Virus record (IMG/VR): IMGVR_UViG_3300029585_000037
Span: 1-64,000 of that record
Length of the DNA: 64,000 bases
Reading direction: 5' to 3' (one strand)
DNA from: a virus
A model generated the notes under the pieces. That model was not told the DNA's origin, did not search any database, and saw only the letters and a program-made list of their open reading frames with translations. Below, in pieces: positions 19,183 through 27,909 of this stretch. The first letter of the stretch is position 1; every line of letters starts with the position of its first letter. Made by a program: the position numbers and the translations under genes.

Positions 19183-20069
19183 ATAATTTAAGAGAACAAA
19201 CATATAAGTTCTTATTGGAAAATAGTTTCCACGGACAGGATGTACAACTTCATATTCATCCTCATGATTGTATGCTAATAAATAGGGAATGGTCAAGTGA
19301 AATAGCCTCACCAGAACCATTTATACAAAATGAAACTAAAGAAGTTTTTATGGAGGGTTTGAGAATGGAATTGGTAGTAAATTCATTCTGTAGAAGAGAT
19401 GATCCAGTAATTACTTACCGAGTACAAAAAATGAATGTTCCTCATAAAACAGAACATTATTGGAAAGATGAGACATTTCCTGTTTACGAATTAAGACAAA
19501 GTGTGGCAACAATCATAAATTATCATCACGAAATAATTATACCAATAGGAATACCTAATCCATATCAAGCTGCATCTGAAAGACTTTATGCTGACAAAAA
19601 ATCAGAAATGGAGTCAAATAGATTAGTAGCTAATAGAATTGATCATAAGATTTTAATTACAGAACATAGTGTGATAATAACTATCAATGAAAATGATATG
19701 TATAAGTATTATTACATAGATGGAGTTACAAAACAAGCTACTGAAAAATGCTGTAATTTTGCTAAACAAAAACTGTATGAGTCTATTAACAGTAAGGTTA
19801 ATGAGATAAAAAGAAGATGGAGAATAGAAGATACTGCAAGACATTATTCAGAGACAGGATTTATACCGATAGATGAGACTTCAGAACAAGTAAGAGCAGC
19901 AGTAGATTTTGCTTCAGGTTCAGATCATCCTGTTGATGCTATTGTAGGAATAAGAAACAAGATACCTACATTTGCTGTAATTGATGATTTAGAAGATAAT
20001 CAGAATGATCCAGAGAAAGTAAAAGCGTATCACGATATGATAACAAAACAACTCAAAAAAGACGATTAA
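19167..20069 (+). CDS. hypothetical protein
   Basis: 300-aa ORF, 16-nt overlap upstream. Confidence 0.55.
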   Translation: MGRVLDNLREQTYKFLLENSFHGQDVQLHIHPHDCMLINREWSSEIASPEPFIQNETKEVFMEGLRMELVVNSFCRRDDPVITYRVQKMNVPHKTEHYWKDETFPVYELRQSVATIINYHHEIIIPIGIPNPYQAASERLYADKKSEMESNRLVANRIDHKILITEHSVIITINENDMYKYYYIDGVTKQATEKCCNFAKQKLYESINSKVNEIKRRWRIEDTARHYSETGFIPIDETSEQVRAAVDFASGSDHPVDAIVGIRNKIPTFAVIDDLEDNQNDPEKVKAYHDMITKQLKKDD

Positions 20070-20070
20070 A

Positions 20071-20481
20071 ATGGAGATAGCAGCAACATTCATAGGTAAG
20101 GACTCATTAGGGTACGAAAATGGTAAACAATACCATCTAATCATTTTAGACGACAAAAGACCGACTATTATGCGAAAGGATAAGACTGGAATATGTCCGT
20201 ATGAAAGTTTCAAAGCGTTTATGGAGAATTGGACAAACATAACTCATCCAGAGAATTTAAAGCCTATAAAACTAATTCCTACAATGACAGAAGAGCAGCG
20301 TAAGGAATTTGTAAAGCATTGGAATGAACATATGAAGACTTCAGGAAACGATTTTCATATAATTCCTGATTGTAAAACTTTATGGCAAGGAATACAGGAT
20401 TTAAATGAATATAAGATAGATGCTTGTGATGAAGTATTTGTATCTAAAAAAGAAGTAAGAGAACTTTTAGACAATATGTAA
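20071..20481 (+). CDS. hypothetical protein
   Basis: 136-aa ORF, 1-nt spacer upstream. Confidence 0.55.
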   Translation: MEIAATFIGKDSLGYENGKQYHLIILDDKRPTIMRKDKTGICPYESFKAFMENWTNITHPENLKPIKLIPTMTEEQRKEFVKHWNEHMKTSGNDFHIIPDCKTLWQGIQDLNEYKIDACDEVFVSKKEVRELLDNM

Positions 20482-20942
20482 TGAACAAAAAAGAAGCAAT
20501 AGAGTCATTAGAACAAGGTAAGGTAATAACTCATACAACTTTTACAGATGAGGAGTATATCTATAAAGATGACGACAAAAAATTAAGAGATGAGAATGGA
20601 TACATTCTTGACGAAAAATGTTTTTGGGCTGATAGAACAGGAACAATTTGGGATAAGGATTGGAGTGTAAGGAATGATGTAATAGAAAGTGAAGATACTT
20701 CTACAGAAAGTTTTAAGCCATATCCTGTTAGATGTATGACTGAAATAACTATCAATCTACAAGGGCAAATTAAAATTAGTCCTAAAAATATAAAACAAAC
20801 GGATTTAGCTACAAAAGAAATAATTGATCAATTGATAAAAGAATTACAAACAAGAGATCAAGCATTCGTAAGTCAAATTCATTTACCTACTTGGGACAGA
20901 GAACAAGTTGAACAAAAACAAAGAATAACAATAGAACTTTAG
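20481..20942 (+). CDS. hypothetical protein
   Basis: 153-aa ORF, TAATG coupling. Confidence 0.55.
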   Translation: MNKKEAIESLEQGKVITHTTFTDEEYIYKDDDKKLRDENGYILDEKCFWADRTGTIWDKDWSVRNDVIESEDTSTESFKPYPVRCMTEITINLQGQIKISPKNIKQTDLATKEIIDQLIKELQTRDQAFVSQIHLPTWDREQVEQKQRITIEL

Positions 20943-20947
20943 AAATC

Positions 20948-21523
20948 ATGTTAAATACATTAATTTTTGTAGCATTAGGCTTCATAATATCAGTTCCAGT
21001 AACAATCTGGATATTAAGACAAAGAGCAAAAGAAGAGACAACAGGAGTACCTAAGATGGAGAAAATTCCAGAACCACCTGTAAAGAGATACCAAAATACT
21101 GTAGAAGACAGGAATGAGTATGTTCAAGAGCAATTAGAGTTAGACATAAGTCCTAAAAGACTTGAAAATATGACCTTTGAAGAACTTAAAAAAGAAGTGC
21201 AAGACAAAGGTGAACTAACTACAGTAGTGAGAGTAAGAGCATATAATGCTATGTTAGGACTTATGGCTATAAATGTAAAAGAAGATAAAGCAAAGTGGAT
21301 AGAACCATTAGAAGAGGGTGAAACAACGATGGAGTTTCATAGAGTATTCTGTCGAAATACAGAAGAGCAAAACAGACAAAGATTTAAACTAATTAACAAT
21401 TATTGGAAAGTAACTCTTGTTCCAGCAATGAGAGGTGATACTGATATGGGTAGTAGTTTTGGCCCAAATCACGATGGTTTAGGAATAACAAAAATAGAGC
21501 AAGTATTTAAAGAATTATTGTAA
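20948..21523 (+). CDS. membrane-anchored hypothetical protein
   Basis: N-terminal TM helix LNTLIFVALGFIISVPVTIWIL. Confidence 0.55.
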   Translation: MLNTLIFVALGFIISVPVTIWILRQRAKEETTGVPKMEKIPEPPVKRYQNTVEDRNEYVQEQLELDISPKRLENMTFEELKKEVQDKGELTTVVRVRAYNAMLGLMAINVKEDKAKWIEPLEEGETTMEFHRVFCRNTEEQNRQRFKLINNYWKVTLVPAMRGDTDMGSSFGPNHDGLGITKIEQVFKELL

Positions 21524-21711
21524 TGGAAAAGAAACAAAAAAGAAAGCTAAAAATAATACTGTTAGCAATTGTAATATTATTGTTACTTGTAAGCTGTGGT
21601 GAAGGTCAAATTTTAGGTAATACTGACAAATTAGTCTCTGAGATGACAAAAGAAGAGTTGTTATGGTCAGTATTAGCGATGTCAATAATAGGGAGTGCAA
21701 TAGGTAGTTAG
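21523..21711 (+). CDS. small putative lipoprotein/membrane protein
   Basis: Basic N-terminus, hydrophobic LLAIVILLLLVSCGEG (Cys after signal-like helix), second hydrophobic C-terminal segment. Confidence 0.5.
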   Translation: MEKKQKRKLKIILLAIVILLLLVSCGEGQILGNTDKLVSEMTKEELLWSVLAMSIIGSAIGS

Positions 21712-21713
21712 TT

Positions 21714-22046
21714 ATGAATCAAGCTCAACAAGATTTAGAAACCATAAAGGTATCGCCAATAGAATACAAAGCAGATGAAATTCTAAGATTTACATTAACA
21801 ATACCTCATATTATAAATCATAGAAATTTCTTGAATGTTAGAAGTCTAATTGAAAGAAAATTTAGACAAGTAATGGATACTTTGCCAGAGAACATAAGAC
21901 CATATGGAGAAGTAGAACAATTTGAACAAGCGCAATTACAACCTGAAAAGAAAATAGGGTTTGTAGTTAGATACCGAAAACTAACAGAAGATGAATTAGA
22001 TACAGAACGTATCGAATACTTTGTAAAAAATTTAGAAGAGTTATGA
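21714..22046 (+). CDS. hypothetical protein
   Basis: 110-aa ORF. Confidence 0.5.
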   Translation: MNQAQQDLETIKVSPIEYKADEILRFTLTIPHIINHRNFLNVRSLIERKFRQVMDTLPENIRPYGEVEQFEQAQLQPEKKIGFVVRYRKLTEDELDTERIEYFVKNLEEL

Positions 22047-22372
22047 TTGCAGTAATAGCTAATACATTCAGAGACTTTCAGAGTCATACTCACGGAGTAA
22101 GTACAGGAAGCAGATTTGAGTTTGTTTACATCGACAGACCTGAAAGAGTAAGAGGACTTCATTTAACAGCAGTTCTGGATATATCCTATGGAGACGACAG
22201 AAGACTACAAGAAATCAAAAGAGAAACGTATTACAGATTAGATACGTGCATCGCCAGAACAAAACAAAAAGAAATAAGATTAGAAAAACAAAATAAAGAG
22301 ATGTTTAAGGAACTAAGCAGCATCAGAAAACATTGGTTGTATAAGTTAGGTAAATTCTTGAAGATATTTTAA
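22043..22372 (+). CDS. hypothetical protein
   Basis: 109-aa ORF, ATGA overlap. Confidence 0.5.
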   Translation: MIAVIANTFRDFQSHTHGVSTGSRFEFVYIDRPERVRGLHLTAVLDISYGDDRRLQEIKRETYYRLDTCIARTKQKEIRLEKQNKEMFKELSSIRKHWLYKLGKFLKIF

Positions 22373-22373
22373 T

Positions 22374-22547
22374 ATGAGAAAATTAAATGTAAACGTAGAA
22401 TTAGCATTCGATTATAAGTATTGGACAACAGGTTGTATAAACTTAAATTTTCATACAAAAACATTTGAAATAGAGTTCTTATGTTTTGCTTGTTATGTAG
22501 ATTTAAAAACTAAATTAAAAACGAATAGAAATGGAAGTAGATTTTAG
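22374..22547 (+). CDS. small hypothetical protein (57 aa, below ORF-track cutoff)
   Basis: Hand translation MRKLNVNVELAFDYKYWTTGCINLNFHTKTFEIEFLCFACYVDLKTKLKTNRNGSRF; fills the only gap here and overlaps the next start by 17 nt. Confidence 0.4.
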   Translation: MRKLNVNVELAFDYKYWTTGCINLNFHTKTFEIEFLCFACYVDLKTKLKTNRNGSRF

Positions 22548-22812
22548 TCAGGTAATTAGACAGTGGAGTGAATTGTTAAATGAACAAAAATTAGAGTTAG
22601 AGCAAGACTTACAACAAATGTATGAAGAGATGGAAAAGAATAATCTGCCTATTTCTGAATTAGAAAGCTATCATAGATTAGGTTATGATGAAGATAAGGA
22701 CTTAGCACAGAACTATTTGTATGTAAAATCTGAACAAAAAGATGGAGTAATAGAAGTTAATCAGATATTCTTTCATTCAAAGAAGTCGTATAATGAGATT
22801 AACGAGTTGTGA
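22531..22812 (+). CDS. hypothetical protein
   Basis: 93-aa ORF. Confidence 0.5.
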   Translation: MEVDFSQVIRQWSELLNEQKLELEQDLQQMYEEMEKNNLPISELESYHRLGYDEDKDLAQNYLYVKSEQKDGVIEVNQIFFHSKKSYNEINEL

Positions 22813-22930
22813 TTAAATAAACATACAAAACCATAAAGAATTTTACATACATCCTATGAGTTTTAATTCAAATAAAACAACTATTAAGAAAACATAGGTT
22901 AAAAAATTGTAAAATTTCAAACAAAGGAAA

Positions 22931-24061
22931 ATGGCGAAATTACCAGAGGGTGTAGTAGATAAGAAGGCATACGCTAAGATGATAAAGCTACAAAAACATC
23001 CAATATTTAACAAAGGACTACCATATGTATGTAGCGATGGAACAGAGATAAACATCGGTTGGTTTCCAGGCATGATAAAGAAAAAGATGTCTCATCTACC
23101 TGCAGCAGAGATACAAGAGATGTTAGACAAGAAGTCCGAGTACTACCAGATAAATAATCAGTTAACAGTATACAAAAGAAACGCATACGGACTTGTACAA
23201 GGCAGACCACTAAAGGGTGAGAACAGGACAAGTATGATTGAGCGACGCAAAGAAGAGTTAATAGACCTCTTTGGCCGCATGTTTACTGTAGATGAAGTTT
23301 ACAAGATTGTACAAAAGGATTGGGGAATGCCTTTAGGTAAACGTCAGGTAATGGACTTCAGAACAAACCACGCTACAGAGATTGAGAAGAGAATAGAACG
23401 TCATCAGGCTACATATTCAGACATACGATTAGGAGTGAAAAGAAGTCGTATGGAAGAGTTATCTCACTTGTACAATAAACAAAAGGACAAGCATGAAGAG
23501 ACCAACGCCAGAGACGATTTAAAGATACTTTTGTCGATATTAGAACAGGTACGTAAAGAGGCAGAAGGCAATCGACTAACCATAGATGGAAAGGTTGATA
23601 TAAATTATGAAGCTAATATACACGTACATCTTCAACAAGAAGTTTTTAAGACCTTTAATCTGAAAGAGATAATTTTAGGTAGAGTAGCAGCGAAAATGGG
23701 AATTAACCCAGTTAAACTCATTTACAGCTTACAAAATAGCTACTATAAAAGGTTCAGTAACGTATTAGGTGATTATGATCCAGATGCAGATGGAGAAATG
23801 ATATACCCATCACAAATGAATTACGACTTTGAAAGGATTGGACGTATGCATCAACAACATGATCAAGATGTAGAAGATGCTATTATTCTTGAAGAAGAGA
23901 ATAATGATAAAGACGCTGAGAAAGCAGAGTTATTAAAGGCGAAACTGCTTGAAAAATTGAAGCGTAAGAAAGCTACTGTTAAAGATGCAGAAAGTGGAAT
24001 TAAGGCTCAAGAGGCAGTTAAGAAATCCAAGACTAAAAAGAAACGTAAAAAGACAAAGTGA
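22931..24061 (+). CDS. hypothetical protein with K-rich C-terminus
   Basis: 376-aa ORF after a 118-nt intergenic region; AAAGGAAA just upstream of the ATG (one of the few SD-like sequences). Confidence 0.6.
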   Translation: MAKLPEGVVDKKAYAKMIKLQKHPIFNKGLPYVCSDGTEINIGWFPGMIKKKMSHLPAAEIQEMLDKKSEYYQINNQLTVYKRNAYGLVQGRPLKGENRTSMIERRKEELIDLFGRMFTVDEVYKIVQKDWGMPLGKRQVMDFRTNHATEIEKRIERHQATYSDIRLGVKRSRMEELSHLYNKQKDKHEETNARDDLKILLSILEQVRKEAEGNRLTIDGKVDINYEANIHVHLQQEVFKTFNLKEIILGRVAAKMGINPVKLIYSLQNSYYKRFSNVLGDYDPDADGEMIYPSQMNYDFERIGRMHQQHDQDVEDAIILEEENNDKDAEKAELLKAKLLEKLKRKKATVKDAESGIKAQEAVKKSKTKKKRKKTK

Positions 24062-24264
24062 TGTACAAAATTGCTGAATTAAAAAATGAGAATAAAACTA
24101 CATCTACATATCTCGATCCAGTAGTTGGAGAAACAGAACAATCAGTATCTGTTATGAGTCTAAAATTTCCATTTAAGAAACAATATAAAACTTACTTAGA
24201 AGCAATATCTGGATTAGATGGAATAAAAAGACAAGGTAGATATGTAATTGTAAAATTAAACTAA
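24058..24264 (+). CDS. hypothetical protein
   Basis: 68-aa ORF, GTGATG overlap. Confidence 0.5.
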   Translation: MMYKIAELKNENKTTSTYLDPVVGETEQSVSVMSLKFPFKKQYKTYLEAISGLDGIKRQGRYVIVKLN

Positions 24265-24518
24265 TGGAAAATTTATTTGACAATTTAAGTGAAGAGAATA
24301 AAGACATCTTGAGACAAAGATGGTCAAATTTAGATGTTGGAGATACTTCTACAGATGATGATTTAAGAGAATTAAATACAGAACAAATATCAGGCTGTAT
24401 AATTGGATGGACTTTAGGTAGTGATGAATGGTTAGATTTTGTTTTAGAAACTATTGCGGAAGTTAAGGAATTTGATCCAAAAGATTTTAAAGAAGCAGTT
24501 TACAATATAGAGTTATAA
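24264..24518 (+). CDS. hypothetical acidic protein
   Basis: 84-aa ORF, TAATG coupling. Confidence 0.5.
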   Translation: MENLFDNLSEENKDILRQRWSNLDVGDTSTDDDLRELNTEQISGCIIGWTLGSDEWLDFVLETIAEVKEFDPKDFKEAVYNIEL

Positions 24519-24594
24519 AGCTACAAGACTATACAGAAGAGGATATACCATATCATGATGATTACGATAATGATGTAGATGACGATTTTTTATT

Positions 24595-24837
24595 ATGATA
24601 ACTGACGAACAAATAGAAGAGATAAAAGAATACCTACAAGGCTCATGTAATACCTTAGATGACGCTGTACAAACTATTTGTGGAGATAGTTATTCTGAAG
24701 ACGATTTATCTATTGAACAAATAGAAGACATCGAAAATTGGACAAGAGAATGTGAACAATGTAATTGGTGGTGTGAGACAAGCGAGTTCTCAGAGGGTGA
24801 TGGGACTATATGTGATGATTGTTATGAAGAAGAGTAG
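24595..24837 (+). CDS. small acidic Cys-rich (zinc-ribbon-like) protein
   Basis: CEQCNWWCE...CDDCYEEE paired CxxC motifs. Confidence 0.5.
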   Translation: MITDEQIEEIKEYLQGSCNTLDDAVQTICGDSYSEDDLSIEQIEDIENWTRECEQCNWWCETSEFSEGDGTICDDCYEEE

Positions 24838-24999
24838 ATGGTATTATTATTGGCATCCTGAAAGCGATGCTGTATGGCGAACTAAAGAGCAATGCTCTGG
24901 ACCAGTTTTGATATGGGTGTTCAAGAAATAGAGCCTAAGCAATTTTTAAGGCTGATTAAAGAATTAGACATGACTATAAAAGAAGCAACGAATGAGTAA
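24824..24999 (+). pseudogene. small gene split into two frames (35-aa ORF 24824-24931 and 28-aa ORF 24913-24999)
   Basis: Hand translation MKKSRWYYYWHPESDAVWRTKEQCSGPVLIWVFKK* and MGVQEIEPKQFLRLIKELDMTIKEATNE*; first overlaps the upstream gene by 14 nt, second overlaps the downstream start by 8 nt, as a single coupled gene would. Confidence 0.3.
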
Positions 25000-25549
25000 A
25001 TACAAAATAATTGACAATTTTCTAATAGAGCCTTATTTTCAAAGCATAAAGGACTATTTTGAACATCATAACATGCCTTGGTATTACAGTGACAGTGTAG
25101 TATATGGAGACAAAGCTGAAAAAGAAGATAAGAACGCTTATCAGTTTACAAATACACTTTACAATTACGACTTTCCATCTCAAGCTGGTTTAGATATGTT
25201 AGAGCCACTTTTAAATGAATTAAAGATATTTAGCCTAATCAGAATTAAAGTCAATTTTAACCCAGTCAGACAAAAGCCTTATGAGTCTGCTTATCATTAC
25301 GATAATGCTGACTTCAGTGGAAACGATTTACCATATACAGTAGGTATCTTCAATTTAACTACAAACAATGGGTACACTGAATTAAAAATAGGTAAGGAAA
25401 CAATTAAAATACCGAGTGTAGAAAACACGATGATATTATTAGCTGGAGACGTTCTGCATAGAGGTGTCTCATCTACAGACTATAAAAGAATGCTAATAAA
25501 CATGAACTTCATTAACAAAGACACAAAACTTCTATATGGCCATAGTTAA
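24992..25549 (+). CDS. possible 2OG-Fe(II) oxygenase-fold protein
   Basis: AYHYDNAD (HxD-like) and late LAGDVLHRGVSS (distal His, Arg) in a 185-aa protein. Confidence 0.35.
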   Translation: MSKYKIIDNFLIEPYFQSIKDYFEHHNMPWYYSDSVVYGDKAEKEDKNAYQFTNTLYNYDFPSQAGLDMLEPLLNELKIFSLIRIKVNFNPVRQKPYESAYHYDNADFSGNDLPYTVGIFNLTTNNGYTELKIGKETIKIPSVENTMILLAGDVLHRGVSSTDYKRMLINMNFINKDTKLLYGHS

Positions 25550-25611
25550 GAATAAAGAGCAACGGAACTGTTTTGCAGCATGTCCTCAATCTGTAATAAA
25601 TTTAGGTCGTT

Positions 25612-25974
25612 GTGTGTGTAATAATGAATTTATGTATGCTAAAGAAACCAGTAAAAAATCCGAGAAAACCAACGGACTCAAGAAAACCTTATGAACCGAG
25701 ACACTACAAGAATAAGTTAATTAGCTTAGAACGTAGATTGATTTACAAAGCCTTAGTCAAGACTAAAGGTAATATGGCTGAAGCTCATAGAATTAACTGT
25801 CCTGTAAATGAAAATAATCCTGTACCACGTTATTCGTACAATGCATATCTAAGTGCTTGTCATAGACATGGTTTTAAAAGTAAGGATTTTAAACAAGAGA
25901 TATTATGTCAAGAAATGAAACTAAATGCTGTTACAATTGTAAGCACTTCTATGGAGAAAGTGGAGGAACAGTAA
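25612..25974 (+). CDS. Fis-type HTH DNA-binding protein (start uncertain)
   Basis: LERRLIYKALVKTKGNMAEAHRI resembles the E..I..AL..t.GN...AA..LGI HTH_8 pattern. Confidence 0.4.
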   Translation: MCVIMNLCMLKKPVKNPRKPTDSRKPYEPRHYKNKLISLERRLIYKALVKTKGNMAEAHRINCPVNENNPVPRYSYNAYLSACHRHGFKSKDFKQEILCQEMKLNAVTIVSTSMEKVEEQ

Positions 25975-26108
25975 GTCAACCATATCCAGAATTAGTTTGT
26001 ACAAAAGGTCATTGGGATGGAGTAGAAGATACTGATACCTTGTTCAAAGTTATAGAATGTAAGGATTTTAATAATAAACAAAAGCACTCTGGAAAACAGA
26101 TGACGTAA
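25905..26108 (+). CDS. small Cys-rich protein
   Basis: 67 aa, CCYNCKHF...C...C; overlaps the upstream ORF by 70 nt, so one of the two boundaries is uncertain. Confidence 0.4.
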   Translation: MSRNETKCCYNCKHFYGESGGTVSQPYPELVCTKGHWDGVEDTDTLFKVIECKDFNNKQKHSGKQMT

Positions 26109-26218
26109 AGACCGTGTATATTGGATTTAAAATCCTTGAAACAGGTGTAGGTAATCCTACTAACAACAGACGTTGTAAGTCAAAGATAACAGATGAGTGC
26201 TTTTAAAATAACAAAATT

Positions 26219-26503
26219 ATGAGAACAAAAGAAGAGAAAGACCAAATGGTTGAAGCTATTAAAAGACAAAAAGCTGATCTACCAGAATTTAGTATGTTTG
26301 GAGATGCTAATTGGGAACAAGCAGATGCTCAGATTAGAGTTATACAAGAAGATTTGAATGAAGATGAAATAAGAGATGAGTGGGATGATACAGAAGATGA
26401 TGAAGATGATAATGGAGTAGTATCAGCTGCCTTAGATGCTGAAAGCTGGATGTTAGGTGATATGGATTCAGAAGATTTAATTGATTCAGAATACTTATCT
26501 TAA
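26219..26503 (+). CDS. very acidic small protein
   Basis: 94 aa, DEIRDEWDDTEDDEDDNG...DMDSEDLIDSE. Confidence 0.5.
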   Translation: MRTKEEKDQMVEAIKRQKADLPEFSMFGDANWEQADAQIRVIQEDLNEDEIRDEWDDTEDDEDDNGVVSAALDAESWMLGDMDSEDLIDSEYLS

Positions 26504-26513
26504 CAAAGTTATT

Positions 26514-26627
26514 ATGTATGTAAAACTCAAAGATATGAAAGCTACTTGTCACTACTGTAATGTAGAATGTGCTAATTTATGTACTGGTGAAGAAAGCGTA
26601 AACTGTCAGAACTTGCAAGAGGGTTAG
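26514..26627 (+). CDS. 37-aa Cys-rich peptide (below ORF-track cutoff)
   Basis: Hand translation MYVKLKDMKATCHYCNVECANLCTGEESVNCQNLQEG; sits between the acidic protein gene and a terminator. Confidence 0.3.
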   Translation: MYVKLKDMKATCHYCNVECANLCTGEESVNCQNLQEG

Positions 26628-26693
26628 ACAGGTATAATAAAATTGATTCATAATTTAGTTTTAAGAATTAATGATTAAGTTGGTTAGTAAGGA

Positions 26694-26725
26694 GTGGCTC
26701 AGACAAAGTTTGGGTCACTTTTTTT
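26694..26725 (+). terminator. rho-independent terminator
   Basis: GTGGCTCAGA/TTTGGGTCAC 10-bp stem (3 G-U), 5-nt loop, T7 run. Confidence 0.65.
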
Positions 26726-26766
26726 ACAAAAAGTTTTGTTAATACAAAAATATAATCGAACTTAGC
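26723..26766 (+). promoter_or_regulatory. 44-nt class-A promoter/operator motif, copy 1
   Basis: TTTACAAAAAGTTTTGTTAATACAAAAATATAATCGAACTTAGC; 24 nt upstream of the ATG at 26791. Confidence 0.55.
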
Positions 26767-26790
26767 GTCATAATTAAAAATCGGAAAGTT

Positions 26791-27174
26791 ATGTTTTTAG
26801 AAAATCATGAAATAGACGAGTTAGTACGAATGGCTGACGCTGACGGAATTTACGCTATGTTAGAAGATAATGGAGACATCGATGGAATGGCTTACATTGA
26901 AGATAAATACTTTAACAAAGATAGTAAAAAAGAAGAGCCTAAAAAAGTTGAGAATGCTCACTTTAATGTAATGGGATATACAAAAGACTTCTATGTAGAC
27001 AAGAAGTTTATGGGTAGTCTTAGATTAGATGAACCTGACCGTGAGGTATTCGGTTATCATGGTAGAAGACAGGAAACTCTTGACCAGGATTTAACCTTAA
27101 AAAAGGGTAAGAGAATGAAAAAGGGAACAATAGTAATAACAGAACTTCAAATGATTTGCGGTCGTCAAAAGTAA
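26791..27174 (+). CDS. hypothetical protein
   Basis: 127-aa ORF, first gene after class-A motif copy 1. Confidence 0.55.
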   Translation: MFLENHEIDELVRMADADGIYAMLEDNGDIDGMAYIEDKYFNKDSKKEEPKKVENAHFNVMGYTKDFYVDKKFMGSLRLDEPDREVFGYHGRRQETLDQDLTLKKGKRMKKGTIVITELQMICGRQK

Positions 27175-27177
27175 TAT

Positions 27178-27354
27178 ATGGAATATTTATCGACAGATAC
27201 AGACTTCAGATTAGCATGCGCAGATGCTGAGTATAAGATTATGGAACAGAACTTAGGAACAGGAGTATTCCTGAATACAGAACAAAAGCGTAGAATATTC
27301 CTACGTGAGTTACAAGACAAAGGATTTAAGATAACTAAAATAAAAGACAAATGA
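27178..27354 (+). CDS. small protein, paralog of the N-terminal half of the next gene (58 aa, below ORF-track cutoff)
   Basis: Hand translation MEYLSTDTDFRLACADAEYKIMEQNLGTGVFLNTEQKRRIFLRELQDKGFKITKIKDK aligns gap-free (~40% identity) with MKNIATDSDFYSACTEAEIKNRKQNPLHTMSLNTIGKRQVLIEELAKEGFYIVKV; ATGA overlap. Confidence 0.6.
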   Translation: MEYLSTDTDFRLACADAEYKIMEQNLGTGVFLNTEQKRRIFLRELQDKGFKITKIKDK

Positions 27355-27683
27355 AAAATATAGCTACTGACTCAGACTTCTATTCAGCATGTACTGAAGC
27401 TGAAATAAAGAACAGGAAGCAAAATCCATTACATACGATGTCTCTAAATACGATAGGTAAAAGACAAGTACTGATTGAAGAATTAGCTAAAGAGGGTTTT
27501 TATATTGTAAAAGTAGATGAGAAATTTAAAGAAGAGATTTTACAAGCTGTCAAGTCTGGTCAAGGAACAGACTGGGGATTTAATGGGGAAGATGAATTTC
27601 AATATGATACCTTTGATCCAGAATGGGCCACTGATTGGGTTATATCTAAAATAACAGGAATTATTCCAGAAATGGAAGATTAA
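27351..27683 (+). CDS. hypothetical protein (paralog pair member)
   Basis: 110-aa ORF. Confidence 0.55.
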   Translation: MKNIATDSDFYSACTEAEIKNRKQNPLHTMSLNTIGKRQVLIEELAKEGFYIVKVDEKFKEEILQAVKSGQGTDWGFNGEDEFQYDTFDPEWATDWVISKITGIIPEMED

Positions 27684-27726
27684 AGTGGAATGAAATTATA
27701 ATTTATTACAAACAATCAAACCCAAG

Positions 27727-27756
27727 AGCCGTATTAACCATACGGCTTTATTTATT
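27727..27756 (+). terminator. rho-independent terminator
   Basis: AGCCGTAT/ATACGGCT perfect 8-bp stem, 5-nt loop, TTTATTTATT. Confidence 0.7.
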
Positions 27757-27822
27757 GAGACAAAGTTAGACAATACACCTGCCTGGTATAAGCCTGAACA
27801 GACAAAAATAAATTGAAAAAAG

Positions 27823-27866
27823 TTTACAAAATATTTTGTAGATACAAAACAATTTACGAATTTAGC
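27823..27866 (+). promoter_or_regulatory. 44-nt class-A promoter/operator motif, copy 2
   Basis: TTTACAAAATATTTTGTAGATACAAAACAATTTACGAATTTAGC; contains the perfect palindrome TACAAAATATTTTGTA. Confidence 0.55.
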
Positions 27867-27909
27867 CTCAGAATTAAAAAACAAAGTATAACCACTTAAT
27901 ATTTTAACA

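Noticed and set aside
24519-24594. Acidic peptide (…KLQDYTEEDIPYHDDYDNDVDDDFLL) readable in an alternate frame across the 24518/24595 gap, as a possible frameshift extension of the upstream gene
   Set aside because: There is no ATG in that frame and no slippery site at the junction. The apparent coding may simply reflect GAT/GAC-rich spacer sequence.
26109-26218. Two small hairpins (GGATTT-AA-AATCC and GTAGG-TAAT-CCTAC) in the 110-nt gap before 26219, as a possible sRNA
   Set aside because: The stems are only 5 bp, there is no terminator-like T run, and no repeated motif. This is not distinguishable from chance in AT-rich DNA.
27165-27350. Minus-strand 61-aa ORF filling the gap between 27174 and 27351
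   Set aside because: The + strand of the same gap encodes a 58-aa paralog of the next gene with ATGA coupling. That is a far better explanation.
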